DNA of 58,940 nucleotides, from the NCBI GenBank assembly GCA_964348115.1, contig CAYGBY010000001.1, forward strand, positions 1-58,940, read 5' to 3'. The translations under genes and the position numbers were made by a program. Source of the DNA: an uncultured Pseudomonadales bacterium. GTDB taxonomy: Bacteria > Pseudomonadota > Gammaproteobacteria > Pseudomonadales > Azotimanducaceae. Shown one piece after another: positions 20,011 to 28,754 of the stretch (its first letter is position 1; each line of letters opens with the position of its first letter). The notes beneath the pieces were generated by a model. That model was not told the origin of the DNA and ran no database searches. It saw only the letters and a program-made list of their open reading frames with translations.

Positions 20011-21450
20011 CTAGTACGGCGGCTGCGCCTCGTCGAGGCCGGCCAGCTCCGGCCGCCAGCCGGGCTTGTCGACGGCAGCCTGCGCCAGGAAGTAAGCATC
20101 GTTCCTGCTCCATGTCGGCTGGCGCCCGTGGCGAACCACCAGGAAGCCGTACGGGTGCGTTCTGTAGATATGGGCGCCAGCATTCAGGACGTCGTAGATC
20201 AGATACTGATCCTCGGTGTGCTGGCTTCGCTTCCAACCTCCCACGCAGTCGAGCATGTGACGCGCTATCAGCAGGGCGCCGCCGCCCATGGCGGTTTTCC
20301 CGTACCGCTCCCCTCCTGTGCTGGAACAGCGGATGGTTCGGTCGGAAGCGGCCAGATACACGAAGTCGGCCCCCTTGCCCACCAGCGGCGCCTGCGAGTA
20401 CTCGTGCGCCAGCACTAGGTCCCAGATGTGGTCGGGGCCATACAGGTCGTCGTCGTCCATCTTCGTCAGCAGCGTTCCGCGCGCCGCTTGGGTCGCCGCG
20501 TTTAGCACCGAGCCCAGCGGCAGCGCCGCGTCCAGCCGCAGCGCCGTCACCGGCGCCGAGGGCCCCACCGCCCCGGGCGCGACCTCCCCGAAACCCTCGC
20601 CATGCAGCCCCAGCACCAGCTCCAGCCGCGGATAGGTCTGCCGCCGCACCGCCGCCAGCACCCGCTCCAGCAACTCCGGCCGCCGCGTCGCCAGCAGGAT
20701 CGACACCAGCGGCAGCCGCGGCGGATCCGCCAGCGCCCGCTCAGCCACCTGCCGCGCCCGGCTTGTCAACGAATGCTCCCGAAGCGCCGTGCGCCGCATC
20801 TGGACGCTAAGCGCCTCGCGCCCGTCGCTGTCCAGGTCCCGCACCTCGCGCGTCATCAGCTCGAAAAGCTCCGCGCCCAAATAGGGCGCCAGCCGGCGGT
20901 CGCCATCCGCCAAATGCACCACCACCCCCGTTGCCGCCAGCCGCACCAGCTCCCCCGCCCGCGTCACGGTGTTGGCGTGGAAGGCCTGCACATCCTCAAG
21001 ATGATGAATCCTGCGCAGCCCCGCCCGATCGTTGCGGCGCACAATGCGGTCGGCGTCGCAGCCCGGCGGCAGCCGGTCGAACGGGCCCAGCGCCCCCACA
21101 GTGCTACGTTTGACCCGACCGCAGCCGATCGGGTTATCGACCCGTGGATTGAAGGCGGGAACCGAAAGCAATGGCGGCGCCTCGGCGAGGACGACCACCG
21201 GGGCTGACACCCCTGCCGCCTCGGCCGCCGTGTCGGCCACCACTAGGTCGACCTGTTGGCCGCCCGTCTTCCGCGCCACGCGCCCCGACGCCTTGAACAC
21301 CGCCCGCGATTGGGCGCCCAGCGCGACGATCTCCACGCCTAGGGGATGGTCGGCCCGCAGCGGGGAAGTCAGCGTACGACGGGCCGCCCGGTGCAGAACC
21401 GCGCCTGCGAGCCACCCGGCGACCCGCCAGGCCGTGTCAAGACCGCGCAC
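20011..21450 (-). CDS. glycosyltransferase family 2 protein with N-terminal extension
   Basis: 479-aa ORF. GT-A core VSILLATRRPELLERVLAAVRRQTYPRLELVLGLHG and a DxD-like KMDDDDLYGPDH. Confidence 0.7.
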   Translation of the reverse strand: MRGLDTAWRVAGWLAGAVLHRAARRTLTSPLRADHPLGVEIVALGAQSRAVFKASGRVARKTGGQQVDLVVADTAAEAAGVSAPVVVLAEAPPLLSVPAFNPRVDNPIGCGRVKRSTVGALGPFDRLPPGCDADRIVRRNDRAGLRRIHHLEDVQAFHANTVTRAGELVRLAATGVVVHLADGDRRLAPYLGAELFELMTREVRDLDSDGREALSVQMRRTALREHSLTSRARQVAERALADPPRLPLVSILLATRRPELLERVLAAVRRQTYPRLELVLGLHGEGFGEVAPGAVGPSAPVTALRLDAALPLGSVLNAATQAARGTLLTKMDDDDLYGPDHIWDLVLAHEYSQAPLVGKGADFVYLAASDRTIRCSSTGGERYGKTAMGGGALLIARHMLDCVGGWKRSQHTEDQYLIYDVLNAGAHIYRTHPYGFLVVRHGRQPTWSRNDAYFLAQAAVDKPGWRPELAGLDEAQPPY

Positions 21451-21482
21451 GTTGCCGCAACTTGGCTTTCGTCCTGCAGGCC

Positions 21483-22421
21483 TTAGGCCGGTTCCGGCAG
21501 GAAGACGCAGCCTGGGCAGTGCCCCGCCTCCTGGCAGGCTGCCGCTGCGGCTGCATCCTGGACCCTTTGGTACTGCGGCGCCGCCTTGCGCCCGATGCGG
21601 TCGTCCGCAGCTTGGCCATCGGCATTTTGGGAGCGCATGGCTTGGCGCTTCCAGCCTTCATCGCCGCTCCAACGGTGGGGCAGGCAGCGGATTTCGCCTG
21701 GAGTCTGGATGCTCGCCAAGGCATCGAGGGCATCCAGCATGATCTGCCGCTGCTGTGCGCTGTCTCCTGGCCTGCCGGCGGTGCGTCCCAATGGGAAGTC
21801 CAAAAATACGGCTCGCGGCGGGTTCAGGGCGTGGGTGATGGAGTAGGCGCAGGACAGGCAGATGGTCGGGATGCCCATGCGTTCAATCTCCCTTGCGATC
21901 AATCCAACGGATTGATGGCAGACGGGTCAGACCGGCACCAGAATGGCCAAGTCCACCTGCTCCTTGACCAAGCGTTCGGCGATCGCTGGGGCAAGGCCCT
22001 TACGCACTCGGCGCGCCGAATAGATGCCGCCCATGAAGGTGTAGGCGTTGGGGGCCAATTGGCCGATGCGTCCTTCCGCAGCCAACTTGCGCAGGGTCTC
22101 CAAGGGGAAAACCACGTTTGGATCCTGGCGGGCATCCGTAAGATCATAGGCGAAGTGGGTGATGCGCAAATCCTCCACCAGGGTGTCCTTGGGTATCATC
22201 CGAAAGCTGAAGTCGTCCCGATAGTGGAAGGCGATCTGCCCCTTGCGGTAGATGCCGCCGGAGGCGACCAGCCCCACCCGGCAGCGATCCATTGGCTTGG
22301 CGAGCGGCGCAAAGGGCGGTGATGTTGCATTGACCACCCATTGGTAGGGCGGATAGCCCAATGCGTCGTACTGCGCCCGGGTGCGGGCGATGTAGTCGAC
22401 CGGATTGTGGGGCTCAGTCAT
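21483..22421 (-). CDS. GrdB/PrdB-like reductase family selenoprotein (in-frame TGA = Sec at 21927-21929)
   Basis: The ORFs at 21927-22421 and 21483-21902 are in the same frame. They are separated only by one TGA followed by PVCHQSVG, giving ...LVPV-U-PVCHQSVGLIAREIERMGIP (a UxxC motif). A SECIS-like hairpin follows immediately 3'. The family call is from memory. Confidence 0.7.
21894..21920 (-). promoter_or_regulatory. putative bacterial SECIS hairpin
   Basis: Minus-strand RNA UGC-C-AUCAAUCC-GUU-GGAUUGAU-C-GCA: 8 perfect bp plus 3 more across a C.C mismatch. The stem starts 7 nt after the UGA, and the apical GUU loop sits at +22..24. Confidence 0.55.
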
Positions 22422-22865
22422 GCCCCCGCCACAGGGCGCAGCCCATCTGATGGTGCTTCATGGTCAAGGGATGATCCGGCGCGGATGTGCTGCTGTCAAG
22501 CGGGATGCATCGGCGTCAGCAGCTCCCGCTAAGCTCGCTGTGTCCATGAAATCGCCATAATCGGACGCCCAAATCGACTGAATCCCCGTGAAATCGAGCC
22601 GCGCAATTGGGCGTCGGGACGTTGGCGGGAGTTGCTGCATCGGCGTCAGCAATTCTCATTGCGGCTTTTGGCCCCTCCGCAGGAAGGTTTGCCGGTCGAT
22701 TTGGCCCGCATCGAGCCGGAAATGCGGGGTGTGTGCGCCGAACGGTGAGACTGGACGCCAAATGAGAATTGCTGCATCAGCGTTGGCATGCAGGCGTACA
22801 TTCGCCCCGGGCTGCTTAGCAAGCGCCTTGGCGCAATTTACGGACTTAGGCTGGGCGGGAAGCGC

Positions 22866-23051
22866 TTAGGCGGCGTAGGCGAGGTTGCTCGCGAGCTTAG
22901 CGTCCATGATGGCTTGCGCGGCCTCCACGCAGGTGCCGCAGTTGGCGCCGACGCCCAGCGTTTCCATCAGATCCTGCACTTCGGTTGCGCCGGCGTCCGC
23001 TGCCGCGTGGATTTCCGCATCCGTGATGGCTTGGCAAAGGCAAATGTACAT
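22866..23051 (-). CDS. bfd: bacterioferritin-associated ferredoxin
   Basis: 61-aa ORF MYICLCQAITD....GANCGTCV, with the four-Cys BFD-like [2Fe-2S] pattern. Adjacent to bfr. Confidence 0.85.
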   Translation of the reverse strand: MYICLCQAITDAEIHAAADAGATEVQDLMETLGVGANCGTCVEAAQAIMDAKLASNLAYAA

Positions 23052-23221
23052 TCCACGAATTCTAAATGATATGTATTTTCGATTGCAATAGTATTTGTAA
23101 ACAAGTTCACATTTTTCGATGGAAATGATTTTTATTTATAAAACAATAACTTACGCTTGAGTATTGATTGAATATGGTGCATGATGCGGGTAATTTTCCA
23201 CGCCACCGCCAGGAGACGGCC
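23052..23221. promoter_or_regulatory. AT-rich divergent bfd/bfr control region with Fur-box-like sites
   Basis: A sharp AT-rich island in a GC-rich genome. CTAAATGATATGTATTTTC (23062-23080) matches the 19-bp Fur consensus GATAATGATAATCATTATC at 12/19, and GGAAATGATTTTTATTTAT (23121-23139) at 11/19, both by hand alignment. Confidence 0.45.
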
Positions 23222-23686
23222 ATGCAACCGAAGGGCGACATCAATGTTCATTTGAATCGGGCGCTCAAGAATGAGCTCACCGCCATCAACCAGTATTTTC
23301 TGCACGCCAAGATGTACGAGGACTGGGGCCTGCACCGCTTGGCGGAGAAGGAGCGGGAGGAGTCCATCGATGAGATGAAGCACGCCGATGAACTGGTGGG
23401 GCGCATCTTGTTCCTGGAGGGCCTGCCCAACCTGCAGGACCTGGGCAGGCTGCGCATCGGCCAGCACACGGAGGAGATGCTGCAGTGCGACCTTGCCTTG
23501 GAGAGGGATGCCATGCCCTGCCTGCGCGAGGCCGTCGCCTACTGCGAACAAAATGGGGATTATGTGTCCCGGGAACTGTTTCGGCGCATTTTGTCCTCGG
23601 AGGAGGAGCACGTGGACTGGTTGGAGACCCAACTGGAGCTCATCGGCAAGGTGGGCATCCAGAACTACATTCAATCGCAGCTCTAG
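23222..23686 (+). CDS. bfr: bacterioferritin
   Basis: The ATG at 23222 is preceded by [42 protein letters not shown] is the canonical Bfr N-terminus, and [12 protein letters not shown] is the ferroxidase-site helix. Confidence 0.9.
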   Translation: MQPKGDINVHLNRALKNELTAINQYFLHAKMYEDWGLHRLAEKEREESIDEMKHADELVGRILFLEGLPNLQDLGRLRIGQHTEEMLQCDLALERDAMPCLREAVAYCEQNGDYVSRELFRRILSSEEEHVDWLETQLELIGKVGIQNYIQSQL

Positions 23687-23858
23687 GCTGGCGATTTGCC
23701 TCCAATGCAAACCACCGCCCTGCCGGCCTAACATGCTTGGGAACGCCTAGGCGGGCGGCTATCTCCTGCGCTTCCAGCCCATGGTGGTACGCGGTTCCGG
23801 TTGCGGCATTCCGTCGCGTGGGTGGATTCCACAGCCTATGCGGAATACACTGTTAGAC

Positions 23859-24608
23859 ATGTCGAACGCCCTCACCCTCTATGGTGTGCCCTTTTCGCAG
23901 CCGGTGCGCGCCGTCATGTGGCTGCTGCTCCACAAGCAGATGCCGTTCGAGATGGTGCCGATCAATCCCGGCTCCAAGGGCGCCAATGGCAGCCGCAGCC
24001 CGGAATACCTAGCGAAAAATCCGGCTGGCGCCATCCCCTGCATCGAGCAAGCCGACGGCTTCGTGTTGGCTGAGGCCCACGCCATTCTTTGTTACCTCTG
24101 CAACCAGCATGGCTGGACGGATCTGTATCCACAAGACAGCAAGCAGCGCGCGCGCATCGACTGGCGCCTGCACTACCACCACCGAAATCTCCGCGATGCG
24201 TCGGTTGGCTTGATCGCGCCCAAGATGCGCAAGGATCTCAACATCCCCCAGGCAATCCAGCAGGCGGCCCAGGCAACCGTCAACCGCGCCCTTCTTGCGC
24301 TTGAAACGGGCTGGCTTGCCCACTCCAGATATCTCGCCGCCGACCATGTCACCATCGCAGACTTGGCTGCCTATGTTGAAATCGGCCAGATGCAGCCCTG
24401 CTTCACCAACGTTTACGACTTTTCACCCTTCAAAAACGTACAACGCTGGCTGGCTGACATGAGGCGATTTCCCGGCCATGATGACGCGCATGTCGTGTTG
24501 GCTGAGCTCGGCGACATCAGCGAGCAGGCGCCGGACATCGCCCGCATCAGGAATGCGAACATGCGTGCGTTGGCGGCGCTCAAGGCTCGGCTCGCCGAAT
24601 TCAGCTGA
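23859..24608 (+). CDS. glutathione S-transferase family protein
   Basis: Start at MSNALTLYGVPFSQPVRAV (thioredoxin-like N-domain with the PCIEQ...LAEAHAIL region). The C-terminal helical domain has ADLAAYVEI. Confidence 0.75.
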   Translation: MSNALTLYGVPFSQPVRAVMWLLLHKQMPFEMVPINPGSKGANGSRSPEYLAKNPAGAIPCIEQADGFVLAEAHAILCYLCNQHGWTDLYPQDSKQRARIDWRLHYHHRNLRDASVGLIAPKMRKDLNIPQAIQQAAQATVNRALLALETGWLAHSRYLAADHVTIADLAAYVEIGQMQPCFTNVYDFSPFKNVQRWLADMRRFPGHDDAHVVLAELGDISEQAPDIARIRNANMRALAALKARLAEFS

Positions 24609-24628
24609 CGCGGACGGCTTGCTGGCTG

Positions 24629-25543
24629 GTGCGCCGTTATGGTCTTGCGGACAGGCCCTTGGCGGCCAACACGCTGAACTGGAAGAACCTTGGGCGGCGC
24701 AGCAAGGGGCTTGGCGCGGCGTTCGGGTTGGCGTTGCTGCTTGGCTTTCCGGCGAGCGCTGCGTACGCCGCACAGCAGGAGCGCCACCTCCAGCCGAAGG
24801 TGCAGCAGCTCGAGAATCGGGCGCCCAAGCGAGTGCTCTTTGTCGGCAACAGCTACCTGTACTACAACGACAGCCTGCACAACCATTTGTTGCGCATCGC
24901 GGCGGAAATTGGCCCGCACGGTCCCGCGGAGTACCAGTACAAGTCCGCGACCATCAGTGGCGCCCGCCTGTCCCACCACGACATCGATAGCCTGCTGGCC
25001 CCGGGCCGGCTGGGCATCGAGGAGCCATTCGATCTGGTAATTCTGCAGGGCGGCAGCCGCGAGGTGTTGACCGAGGCGGACCGTGCGGGCTTTCATGCCC
25101 AAGCGACGGAACTGAGCGGGAAGGTCCGCGCCACGGGCGCGGAAGTCGCCCTGTACATGATCCACGCCTACGTAGAACCCCATGAACTGCAGGATGCGGG
25201 GATGTTCGACAAGATCCGGGCAACCTATCTATCCACTGGCAATGCGCTCAACGCCTTGGTCATCCCGGTCGGGCTGGCGTTCGAGCGGGCCTTCGAAGAA
25301 CGCCCGGACAGCGCGCTGCACAAGACCTTTGACGGCACGCATCCGAGCATGCTGGGCACCTACTTGGCGGCCTGCGTCCTGTACCAGAGCATCTACGGAA
25401 AGTCGGTCGTCGGCATCGCCTACGACTACTTCGGCGAAGTCCCCCGGGACGCAGCCGAGTTTCTGCAGCGCATTGCCGACCAAACGGTGCGTGAGTTCTA
25501 TGGCCGGACAGAGACGCCGGAGCCTCTCCCCAAGCTCCCCTAA
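24629..25543 (+). CDS. secreted SGNH/GDSL-like hydrolase-fold protein (tentative)
   Basis: Signal peptide LGAAFGLALLLGFPASAAYA. VLFVGNSYLYYN (GNS block), DLVILQGGS and DGTHPS blocks resemble the SGNH fold. Confidence 0.4.
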   Translation: MRRYGLADRPLAANTLNWKNLGRRSKGLGAAFGLALLLGFPASAAYAAQQERHLQPKVQQLENRAPKRVLFVGNSYLYYNDSLHNHLLRIAAEIGPHGPAEYQYKSATISGARLSHHDIDSLLAPGRLGIEEPFDLVILQGGSREVLTEADRAGFHAQATELSGKVRATGAEVALYMIHAYVEPHELQDAGMFDKIRATYLSTGNALNALVIPVGLAFERAFEERPDSALHKTFDGTHPSMLGTYLAACVLYQSIYGKSVVGIAYDYFGEVPRDAAEFLQRIADQTVREFYGRTETPEPLPKLP

Positions 25544-25576
25544 GGCTGCGCCTTCGCCATGCGGCGCATCGGATGG

Positions 25577-27541
25577 TCAGGGGGCCGGCAAGGCGAAGGC
25601 CATCAGGTGATCGCCAGGCGGGCTGAATCCACCCCAATGGCTGCCGGCGGCGATGACCACCAGCTGCCGTCCGCCAGGCAACTGATAGGTCATGGGCGTG
25701 GCGTTGGCGGGGGTGGGCAGGGGATGACGCCAGAGTTCGGCGCCCGTGGCGGCATCGAATGCGCGGAAATAGTGATCCAGGGCGGCGCCGACGAACACCA
25801 GGCCGCCTGCGGTCACCGCCGGTCCGCCCACTGCGGGAACGCCCTTGATCCACCAGAACGGGAAGGGCGCCAGATGGCGGGTGGTGCCCAGGGGCGTACT
25901 CCAGGCCACTTCGCCCTTAATCAGGTCTATGGCGTCCAAGGTGCCCCAGGGTGGCGCCGTGCAGGGCACGCCAAGGGGAGAAGTCAGCCGATCGTTGTGT
26001 ACGCAGTAGGGCGTGCCTAGCTGGGCGCCGCTGCCTGGGATGGCGCACTCCGCCCTAGGCCGCAGCTGCACTTTGGCCGGCGTGCGGTTGGTCACCACAT
26101 AGAGCACCTGCGTCCTGTGGTTCACCGCCGGCGATCCCCAGTTGTTGCCGCCGCCCTGGTGGGGGTGAAACAGGGTGCCCTGCAGGCTGGGCGGTGTGTA
26201 GATGCCTTCATTGCGCAATGCGCCTATCTGGCGTCGGCAGCTGTCTTCGTCCCAGACTGTGAAGCCCCAGGCGTCTTCGCGGGTGATGGGTGTTTCGATG
26301 AGCGCCGGAAGATGGGTGGGGAAGGGCTGCGTGGGCGACAGATATTCTCCGGCCACGGGGCCCTGCGGCACGGGCCGCTCCTCCACGGGCCAAACCGGCT
26401 GCCCGGTTTCCCGATTCAGCACGAAGGTCAACCCCATCTTGGTGACCTGCACCAAGGCGGGAATGGTTTCCTCGCCCAGCCGCAGATCCATCAGCGTCGG
26501 CTGCGCCGGGGTGTCATAGTCCCAGATGTCATGATGCACCATCTGGTAGTGCCAGACGCGCTCTCCAGTGCTGCCGTCCAGCGCCACGACGGAGCTGGAG
26601 TATTCATCCAAGCCGTTGCGCAGGCCGCCGAAGTAGTCCGGCGAGGTGTTGCCGGTCGGGGCGAACACGAGATTGCGCTCCACATCCACAGACAATATGG
26701 ACCAGACGTTGGTGGTGCCGTTGCGGTAGGTGCCGTCGGCATTGTGGGCGGCCATGCCGGGCGGCACCGGGTTCCAGGCCCAGCGCAGTTCCCCGCTGCG
26801 CACATCATAGGCCCGCACCACCCCGCTGGGGGCGTCAAGGCTCACGTTGTCCAGCACCATGGCGCCGGTGATGGCCAGATCGTTCAGAATGGCCGGCGGC
26901 GAAGTGATTGCGTAGTCTTGGGGGGCGTGTTCGGACAGGCCGTGGGAGACATCCACTTGGCCGTTCTCGCCAAAGTCCGGGCAGGGCCGGCCGGTGTCGG
27001 CGTCCAAGGCGATCAGCCGCCCGTCCAAGGTGCCTTCGATGATGCGATGCTCGCAAAACCCGTCCTCGCCGGAGCGCCAACTGCTCACCCCCCGGCAGTT
27101 GGGCAGGAAGTCGGCGGTCTTGTCCACCTGGGGGTCGAAGCGCCAGAGCTCCTTGCCGCTGCGGGCGTCCAAGGCAAAGACCATGTTAAAGGGTGAGCAG
27201 TAGTAGAGGGTTTCGTCCACCAGGATCGGGGTGGCCTGGAAGGAGCTCTGCGAGAATACGCCAGCCGCATGGTCGCGCTGGCGAATGTCCCCGGACCTGT
27301 GTTCCCAAGCCAGCGCCAAGTGGCGTACGTTGTCCGGGCGAATCTGGTCCGCCGCTGAGTAATGCCCGCCCCCCAGAGCGCCCCCGTAAGCTGGCCAGCC
27401 GGCTGCTGCGCCTGCCGTGAATGAAGGCGGCGGCGCCTCCGCACAGGCGCCCAGCGCCACCGCCAGGAGCAGGGTGAACGGTCCCATCAGGCTTTGGTTG
27501 CGCATGTCCTTTCGCTCAAACATGACAGGGCGTCTCGACAT
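25577..27541 (-). CDS. PQQ-dependent (quinoprotein) dehydrogenase, lipoprotein-type
   Basis: Repeated propeller W-motifs: ALDARSGKELWRF, ALDADTGRP, AYDVRSGELRWAW, ALDGSTGERVWHY, AFDAATGAELWRH. Lipobox LLAVALGAC. Start uncertain (27541 or 27505, against the ORF-track 27664). Confidence 0.8.
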   Translation of the reverse strand: MSRRPVMFERKDMRNQSLMGPFTLLLAVALGACAEAPPPSFTAGAAAGWPAYGGALGGGHYSAADQIRPDNVRHLALAWEHRSGDIRQRDHAAGVFSQSSFQATPILVDETLYYCSPFNMVFALDARSGKELWRFDPQVDKTADFLPNCRGVSSWRSGEDGFCEHRIIEGTLDGRLIALDADTGRPCPDFGENGQVDVSHGLSEHAPQDYAITSPPAILNDLAITGAMVLDNVSLDAPSGVVRAYDVRSGELRWAWNPVPPGMAAHNADGTYRNGTTNVWSILSVDVERNLVFAPTGNTSPDYFGGLRNGLDEYSSSVVALDGSTGERVWHYQMVHHDIWDYDTPAQPTLMDLRLGEETIPALVQVTKMGLTFVLNRETGQPVWPVEERPVPQGPVAGEYLSPTQPFPTHLPALIETPITREDAWGFTVWDEDSCRRQIGALRNEGIYTPPSLQGTLFHPHQGGGNNWGSPAVNHRTQVLYVVTNRTPAKVQLRPRAECAIPGSGAQLGTPYCVHNDRLTSPLGVPCTAPPWGTLDAIDLIKGEVAWSTPLGTTRHLAPFPFWWIKGVPAVGGPAVTAGGLVFVGAALDHYFRAFDAATGAELWRHPLPTPANATPMTYQLPGGRQLVVIAAGSHWGGFSPPGDHLMAFALPAP

Positions 27542-27683
27542 CGGCGAAGGTTCCTGCAGGGCTGGGAAGGCGCACATGTTACGGAAACTGGCTGGCGGAT
27601 TCAGCGCAAGCCGCACGGGCTGCTGGCAAAGCTGTATCATAGCGTTGCTTTGTCCAGCCGCCACAATCGTGGGAGTAGGAGAA

Positions 27684-28139
27684 ATGCCCCATCGCTTGCT
27701 TTGCCTGTTCGCGGCTGTGCTTTTGGGCGGCTGTGAGCCGCCGCCTTACCAGCCGGTTACCGATGAGGCGCAGTTGATGGCGTGGATTCTGCAGCCGGCC
27801 TCTGATGTCATCTGGGATTCGTCTGGGGAGATACACACCTTGGAGGGCGTTGAAAGCCTGGCGCCCGCCACGGAGGCTGAGTGGAACCATTTGCGCAACC
27901 AGGCTGCGCTGGTTGCCGAAGTGGGCAACCTGTTGCTGATGCCCCACTTCGCTAGGGAGCGGCCGCAGTGGGCCGCCATATCCGCAGAACTTATCAGCGT
28001 CGGCAATGAAGCCCGCGCCGCCGCGGATGCGCGCGATGCGGATGCGGTGTTTGCAGCCGGCGCCCAACTCTACCAAGTGTGCGTTTCCTGCCATCAACTG
28101 TACTGGCCGCAAGGGAACAGCTTCGCCGATTCGCCCTAA
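27684..28139 (+). CDS. class II c-type cytochrome (cytochrome c'-like) lipoprotein
   Basis: The ATG at 27684 follows GGAGTAGGAGAA. Lipobox AAVLLGGC, a ~150-aa helical protein, and a single C-terminal heme motif CVSCH. Confidence 0.65.
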   Translation: MPHRLLCLFAAVLLGGCEPPPYQPVTDEAQLMAWILQPASDVIWDSSGEIHTLEGVESLAPATEAEWNHLRNQAALVAEVGNLLLMPHFARERPQWAAISAELISVGNEARAAADARDADAVFAAGAQLYQVCVSCHQLYWPQGNSFADSP

Positions 28140-28142
28140 TCG

Positions 28143-28754
28143 TCATATGGCGTTAGGGGCCCCTGATGGCCGCGTCCCCATGGCGAACTCCGCCTGTGAA
28201 TTGAAGTTGCGAAAGGCCTCCTCTTGATCGCTGAAGTCCACCTCCGCGGCCCCTAGGGCGATCAGCCAGCCCTGTGCGGCGCGCTGGCCTTTCGCCAAAT
28301 GGTCCTGCAGATGGCCGAGCGCCTTTGTATGAAGCAGGCAGTGCAGGGGATGGCGGCGCGCGCCGGTTCGCGCCATCGCCGCAAGCGGTGCGCCGGTCCC
28401 CTGCCCATTGGCGCGCAGCGCCCCCGCCAGACGTTGCACCAAGTCGGCTGGGAGCAAGGGCGCATCTCCTGGACACACCGCCGCCCAAGGCGTTGGGCAG
28501 TGCGCCAGCGCCGCGGCAATGCCCGCCAGGGGCCCTTGGTGGCCGGGCAACTCGTCCGCCACCACCGGCGCCCAGCGGCGGTAGGCATCCAGATTGCGGT
28601 TGGCGCTGATGAGCATGCCGTCCACCTGGGCGGCCAGCCGCCGCACCACCTGGGCGACGAGCGCCTCCCCCCGCCAGATCAACAGGGGTTTGTCTGCGCC
28701 GGCCAGTCGTCGCCCGCGTCCGCCGCACAGGATGACGCCGGTGACCGCCTTCAC
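28143..28754 (-). CDS. mobA: molybdenum cofactor guanylyltransferase MobA
   Basis: The GTG at 28754 overlaps the TGA of the upstream ferredoxin gene (GTGA). GVILCGGRGRRLAG.DKPLL and the LPGHQGPLAGI / PGDAPLLP motifs are present. Confidence 0.8.
   Translation of the reverse strand: MKAVTGVILCGGRGRRLAGADKPLLIWRGEALVAQVVRRLAAQVDGMLISANRNLDAYRRWAPVVADELPGHQGPLAGIAAALAHCPTPWAAVCPGDAPLLPADLVQRLAGALRANGQGTGAPLAAMARTGARRHPLHCLLHTKALGHLQDHLAKGQRAAQGWLIALGAAEVDFSDQEEAFRNFNSQAEFAMGTRPSGAPNAI

Noticed and set aside
19857-20810. 317-aa plus-strand ORF rich in Pro/Ala/Arg.
   Set aside because: It starts inside a MITE-B fragment, is antisense to the GT2 glycosyltransferase, and has extreme low complexity (PAPAPA... 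runs).
21483-21902. Treating 21483-21902 and 21927-22421 as two separate genes or as a disrupted pseudogene.
   Set aside because: The two ORFs share a frame and are separated by a single TGA followed by xxC. The second ORF's 'start' is an internal TTG, and a SECIS-like hairpin follows the TGA. A selenoprotein reading is more parsimonious, but it still needs confirmation.
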